NCBI GenBank assembly: GCA_054600435.1
Contig: BAAIJX010000012.1
Coordinates: forward strand, 434,001 to 498,000
DNA length: 64,000 nucleotides
Source of the DNA: Neophaeotheca triangularis
Taxonomy: Eukaryota
Direction: 5' to 3'
In this document: one piece after another, positions 60,444 through 64,000 of the stretch
Position numbering within the stretch: position 1 is the stretch's first letter
Layout of the letters: the number at the start of each line of letters is the position of its first letter
Notes under the pieces: generated by a model
Database searches by the model: none
Told to the model about the DNA's origin: nothing
Seen by the model: only the letters and a program-made list of their open reading frames with translations
Translations under genes and position numbers: made by a program

Positions 60444-61342
60444 CTACACTACGCGCTTAACCTACAAGCCGCAAACGATGCAAAAAAATTAGCCCAAAGC
60501 GCCCTTGTTATACGAAGGTCTGCTGGGGTCCTTGACCTCGAAAAAGCGCTTCAACCACCAAACCTGGAAAATGCCCTCGCCAATCAACACGCCCATTTGA
60601 AAAACCGACCACCACTTGACGCGCGCGTTGGTCGATTCGGCAGTGTTGCGGTGCGTGCGCTCGCGCATTACAATGTAACTTTGTTCGTCTTTGACTGCGG
60701 TAAGGAGTTCGGAGAGTTGTTTTACTAGAAGGAGGAAGCGGTGGTCAGTGTTGAGGTCGAGAGTTGGTGTTGCTTCTTGTGGCTCACCTTCTCGTTCTAG
60801 CGGATCTTGTGTCGCTTCGGATTCGGGGACATAGACGATGCCGTGGACGTTGAAGCTGACTTCTTTCGTGTTCGCAGACCAGGCTTCGTTGCTGAAGCAG
60901 TAGGTGTATCTGCCGTCCATGTTCGCTGTGAAGGAGTGGTCGCCGGAGGAGACTGAGCGTTCGTTGACTGTGTTTTGTTTTGACGGGTTCTCGATCTGTG
61001 GGTAGCCAGTGTATCAGTGTATGTCTTTTCTTGCCGCGTTGCCTTGCGCTCTTCTGCGTGTCCATAGCTATGCCAGCTAGCCTCCTCTTCCTCTGCCTGT
61101 CGCCATGCTCCGCCAGTGCTCTCTCCCACCGGGCTGTTCAGACCTACCCAAAAGTCCAGATCCAGATTCCCTGAAGCACCAAACTCCCTATCCCCCACCT
61201 GGAAGGTAACCGTCATCTTGTCATCCTTGTGCAGCTCCTCGTGAAAGCACTCCCGCGAATGAGCTCGTAACTGGATGTTGTGAGCATTGCCGAGAGCGAG
61301 GAGGGCCGTAATAACCGCCAGCAGGGTGAGAAGGAACGCCAT
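60444..61342 (-). CDS. EMP24: p24-family cargo receptor Emp24; introns 61147-60996, 60787-60725, 60536-60462
   Basis: Signal peptide; RECFHE, DGRYTYCFSNE, RERTHRNTAESTNARVKWWS, transmembrane segment, spliced tail LKRFFE|VKRVV*. Confidence 0.92.
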
Positions 61343-63828
61343 GGTGAATGAGAAGCCCCTGCGATCGACGCCTGCGAGTTTAAGGAAAGTCGATACGCGA
61401 ACGTGAAGGCGGTTTATAGATGTTGCTTGCGTGTCTAGAGGTTAAGGAGACGTGGTTGGAAGGTGGGCCGAGGGTGTCTTGGCGGGGCGATGTCTGAGTT
61501 GCGACTTCATCTCGTGTCTCCGGCGAGCTCTTGATGATTCTGGGACGATTCTGGCGCCGGGAGCACCGAATTTTTGAGCTTAAACTATCTTTCATTCATA
61601 CTCTCGGCACATTATGATGGTGTTGCAGTTCACAGTGGCACTTTGCACGGAGGCTCTCCTCGAATGTCCTTAGGCATTTTGATCCTTTTCTCCCTGCTAA
61701 CCGCACTGAAGCGGACAACTTGCCGTTCTATTGGGGAATCGACGAAAGCCTCATCTGACAATCGTGCCTAAGAGATTGGATGTAAGTGCAAAATCAATTA
61801 AGGGGAATGAGGCGACCGATTGTTCCTAAGTCAAGCAGTCGGATCACAGTTCTCTCGCATAACATTCATTGCTCCACGATCTCTGTACTTTATACGAGAA
61901 GATGATTGAGGCAGCACATTCGGCACAGACTCAAAGTCGAAGAGCACCGAATCGTTAGCTCAGTCTGCGAGTTTTTTTTATTTACGACGGGAGTCTTGAC
62001 CTACCATCACATGGGCTATTCTGCCTCCTGGAAAAGTCTCGCGACCAGCGGTAAACTACGTATCTAACTCCACTGTAGGATGCTACTGAGACAAGCAAGG
62101 GAATCTCGAACCGGAGGAAATTGAGCAATGCAAGCGTTCCTATGAAGAACCGCCTCACAACGCAGAACCAATTTCGGAACTCTATATCCCAAGCCATTCA
62201 AACGCCCGAAAGGCCAGTCAATGAATTCTTTGGAGCACCATTCTTTGCTTCTGCGGTGTGCAAAGGACCTGAGCGGCGTTTCTTTCCCGCGTGCAGTACC
62301 GCAAACCGAGCATCTTACGTTGGTCCTGGCCTTTCATTGGATCAGAAGGACGACGTTCCGGAGAGGCAAAAGCCAAGTGTACTCAGACGTAGAGGTTCAG
62401 CGGCGCCATGCTCATTATCCGTCCAATCTCGGCCTTGGCTACACGAAGATTAGATGGGGTGGAGATGTGGTGGTTACCGTCGTTCCGGATATCACGTTTC
62501 TCAAATGACCGAACATTTCTGCTGAACAGACCTCTACCGGACATATGGCCAGTTTATGTCACTGGCCGGAGGAGCGGATCCGCCTACACCTCTTGCTATC
62601 TGTCGTTCTTGGTGGAAGCGTTGATGAGCAGATGCAGCCCATTGCAATAGCTACCGTGAACAAGCCAAGGAGTCACAAGGCACAACACCACGAAGTGAAC
62701 AAGCACAAGGACTGGCCGCGTTCGAAAGCCAAGAGAGCTATACCAGAGCGAGAGACGAGCAAAATCATGCCCATATGTGTAGGTGAAGAAGACCAGGGGC
62801 AAGCTTGGTCGTCAACTGAACAGCATCCATCCCGCCGCCGACCTCATCGGCCCGTGCACGCCACACCGCCACATGTCGCCGTCGCCGCACAGCCTCTCAC
62901 CAGCCTCACAATCTTTCAAAGACTGTATATTTGACCTTTGCAGGACCGACGTTACCGAATCCGCGCTTTGGCCCAATGGTTGCCGCGTCCTGCACTTACC
63001 GACCACTCTGGATGATCCCGATCCAGGAATCGGAAAACACAGGCTTGACACCACCGACCGTGTATCCCCCTTCACCTCCCTTCACCTCCCTCCGCTTCCA
63101 CTCGCCAAATATTGAACGCGTCCCCCCCCCCACCTCCCTTCTTCCCTTCCCTCCACTTCAACTCCCCAAATACACAAATGGCTTAGACGGGCGGAGCGCC
63201 GGATTTGGTAGAGATGTAGACTACGAACTCCTATGCATGACTACGGACCGTCTAGTGTCCTTCAAAGGAGCCTTCGGGTCGAACTCTTTTGCCTTTTCCC
63301 TCTGACCGATGAACTCTATCTTTTTGTTGCTGGACATAGGAAGGTGAGTCCGGTGGCTGCTGCTAGCGTCGGGAAAGGAGGGCAAAGGGGTGAGTGTTCG
63401 AATCTCGAGGGGGTGGAGGTGGACTTTATGGGTTCCTTGACGCTTTATGGCGCTGCATCCAGCCATTGTTTCCAATGGCATTATGTAATATACGGCATAG
63501 TTATGACGGTAGGTTCGTACTATCTGAGCACATCTACCCTTTGTTGTCTATTTACTTCACATGTCTGCGGCGTTTGATTTCCTCGCGAATGTTATGGCCG
63601 GTTACATGTGGCAGTCCGCGGGTTTAAGCCAGCTTGCTCCAGGCAAAGACAGCAAGCAGGAGCTCCTTCCCAACCGTTCTATTTCGCGCAACGGCTACAA
63701 ACCTCTCATACCTTCTCTGCACTCTGACACTACGATACGTTCCCCACACCAGCGAGAAGAACACCCCAACCCTTCAAGCCTGCAGAAACCACACCTCTAC
63801 CACAACCTCCACCCCGACTTCCAATACC

Positions 63829-64000
63829 ATGGCCCGCCTCGCCACCGGCATTGCCGCGACCTTCGTTGACACAGATAACATGCCAAACCCGCCCCCTAAC
63901 GTCTCCATCTTCGAAGCGCTACTGCCGAAACGCGTAGTCTCGGCTTTCACGACATCCAGCCACGGCAGCGTCACCAGCCAGGAGAAGCAAAAGGTAGAGA
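63829..64000 (+). CDS. 5' end of a probable gene running off the window
   Basis: ACC ATG G context after a C-rich leader; open frame MARLATGIAATFVDTDNMPNPPPNVSIFEALLPKR... to the window end. Confidence 0.45.
   Translation, partial: MARLATGIAATFVDTDNMPNPPPNVSIFEALLPKRVVSAFTTSSHGSVTSQEKQKVE

Noticed and set aside
63390..63412. B-box-like GTTCGAATC
   Set aside because: No T-stem pairing and no other tRNA arms found nearby.

Overview
GC-rich, gene-dense genomic DNA from a filamentous ascomycete, probably a Dothideomycete or Eurotiomycete (inferred from the gene set and short GT-AG introns with CTRAC branch sites). It holds about 21 protein-coding genes: SFH1, an AA11-type LPMO, a TGL3-type patatin lipase, MET14, an orphan ORF, COX19, a bHLH transcription factor, SFT2, a GPI-anchored Ser/Thr-rich protein, a mitochondrial HMG-box protein, PRP5, a GH13 alpha-glucosidase, a Pro-rich repeat protein, CLF1, PRP31, the SSK2 MAPKKK, a PAP2 phosphatase, FAM192A/Fyv6, an aldo-keto reductase, a peroxisomal acyl-CoA dehydrogenase, a PPPDE peptidase and EMP24. 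The standout is at 50916-51104 (minus strand): an initiator tRNA-Met gene split into exons of 9, 14 and 49 nt by two short introns. The introns look spliceosomal (GT...branch point...TAG) and lie at non-canonical positions in and beside the D arm. Joining the exons gives a flawless 72-nt initiator cloverleaf. Intron 2 carries an extra Pol III B-box, and the T-stem is of the animal rather than the usual fungal initiator type. All gene models were built by eye and no database searches were run.
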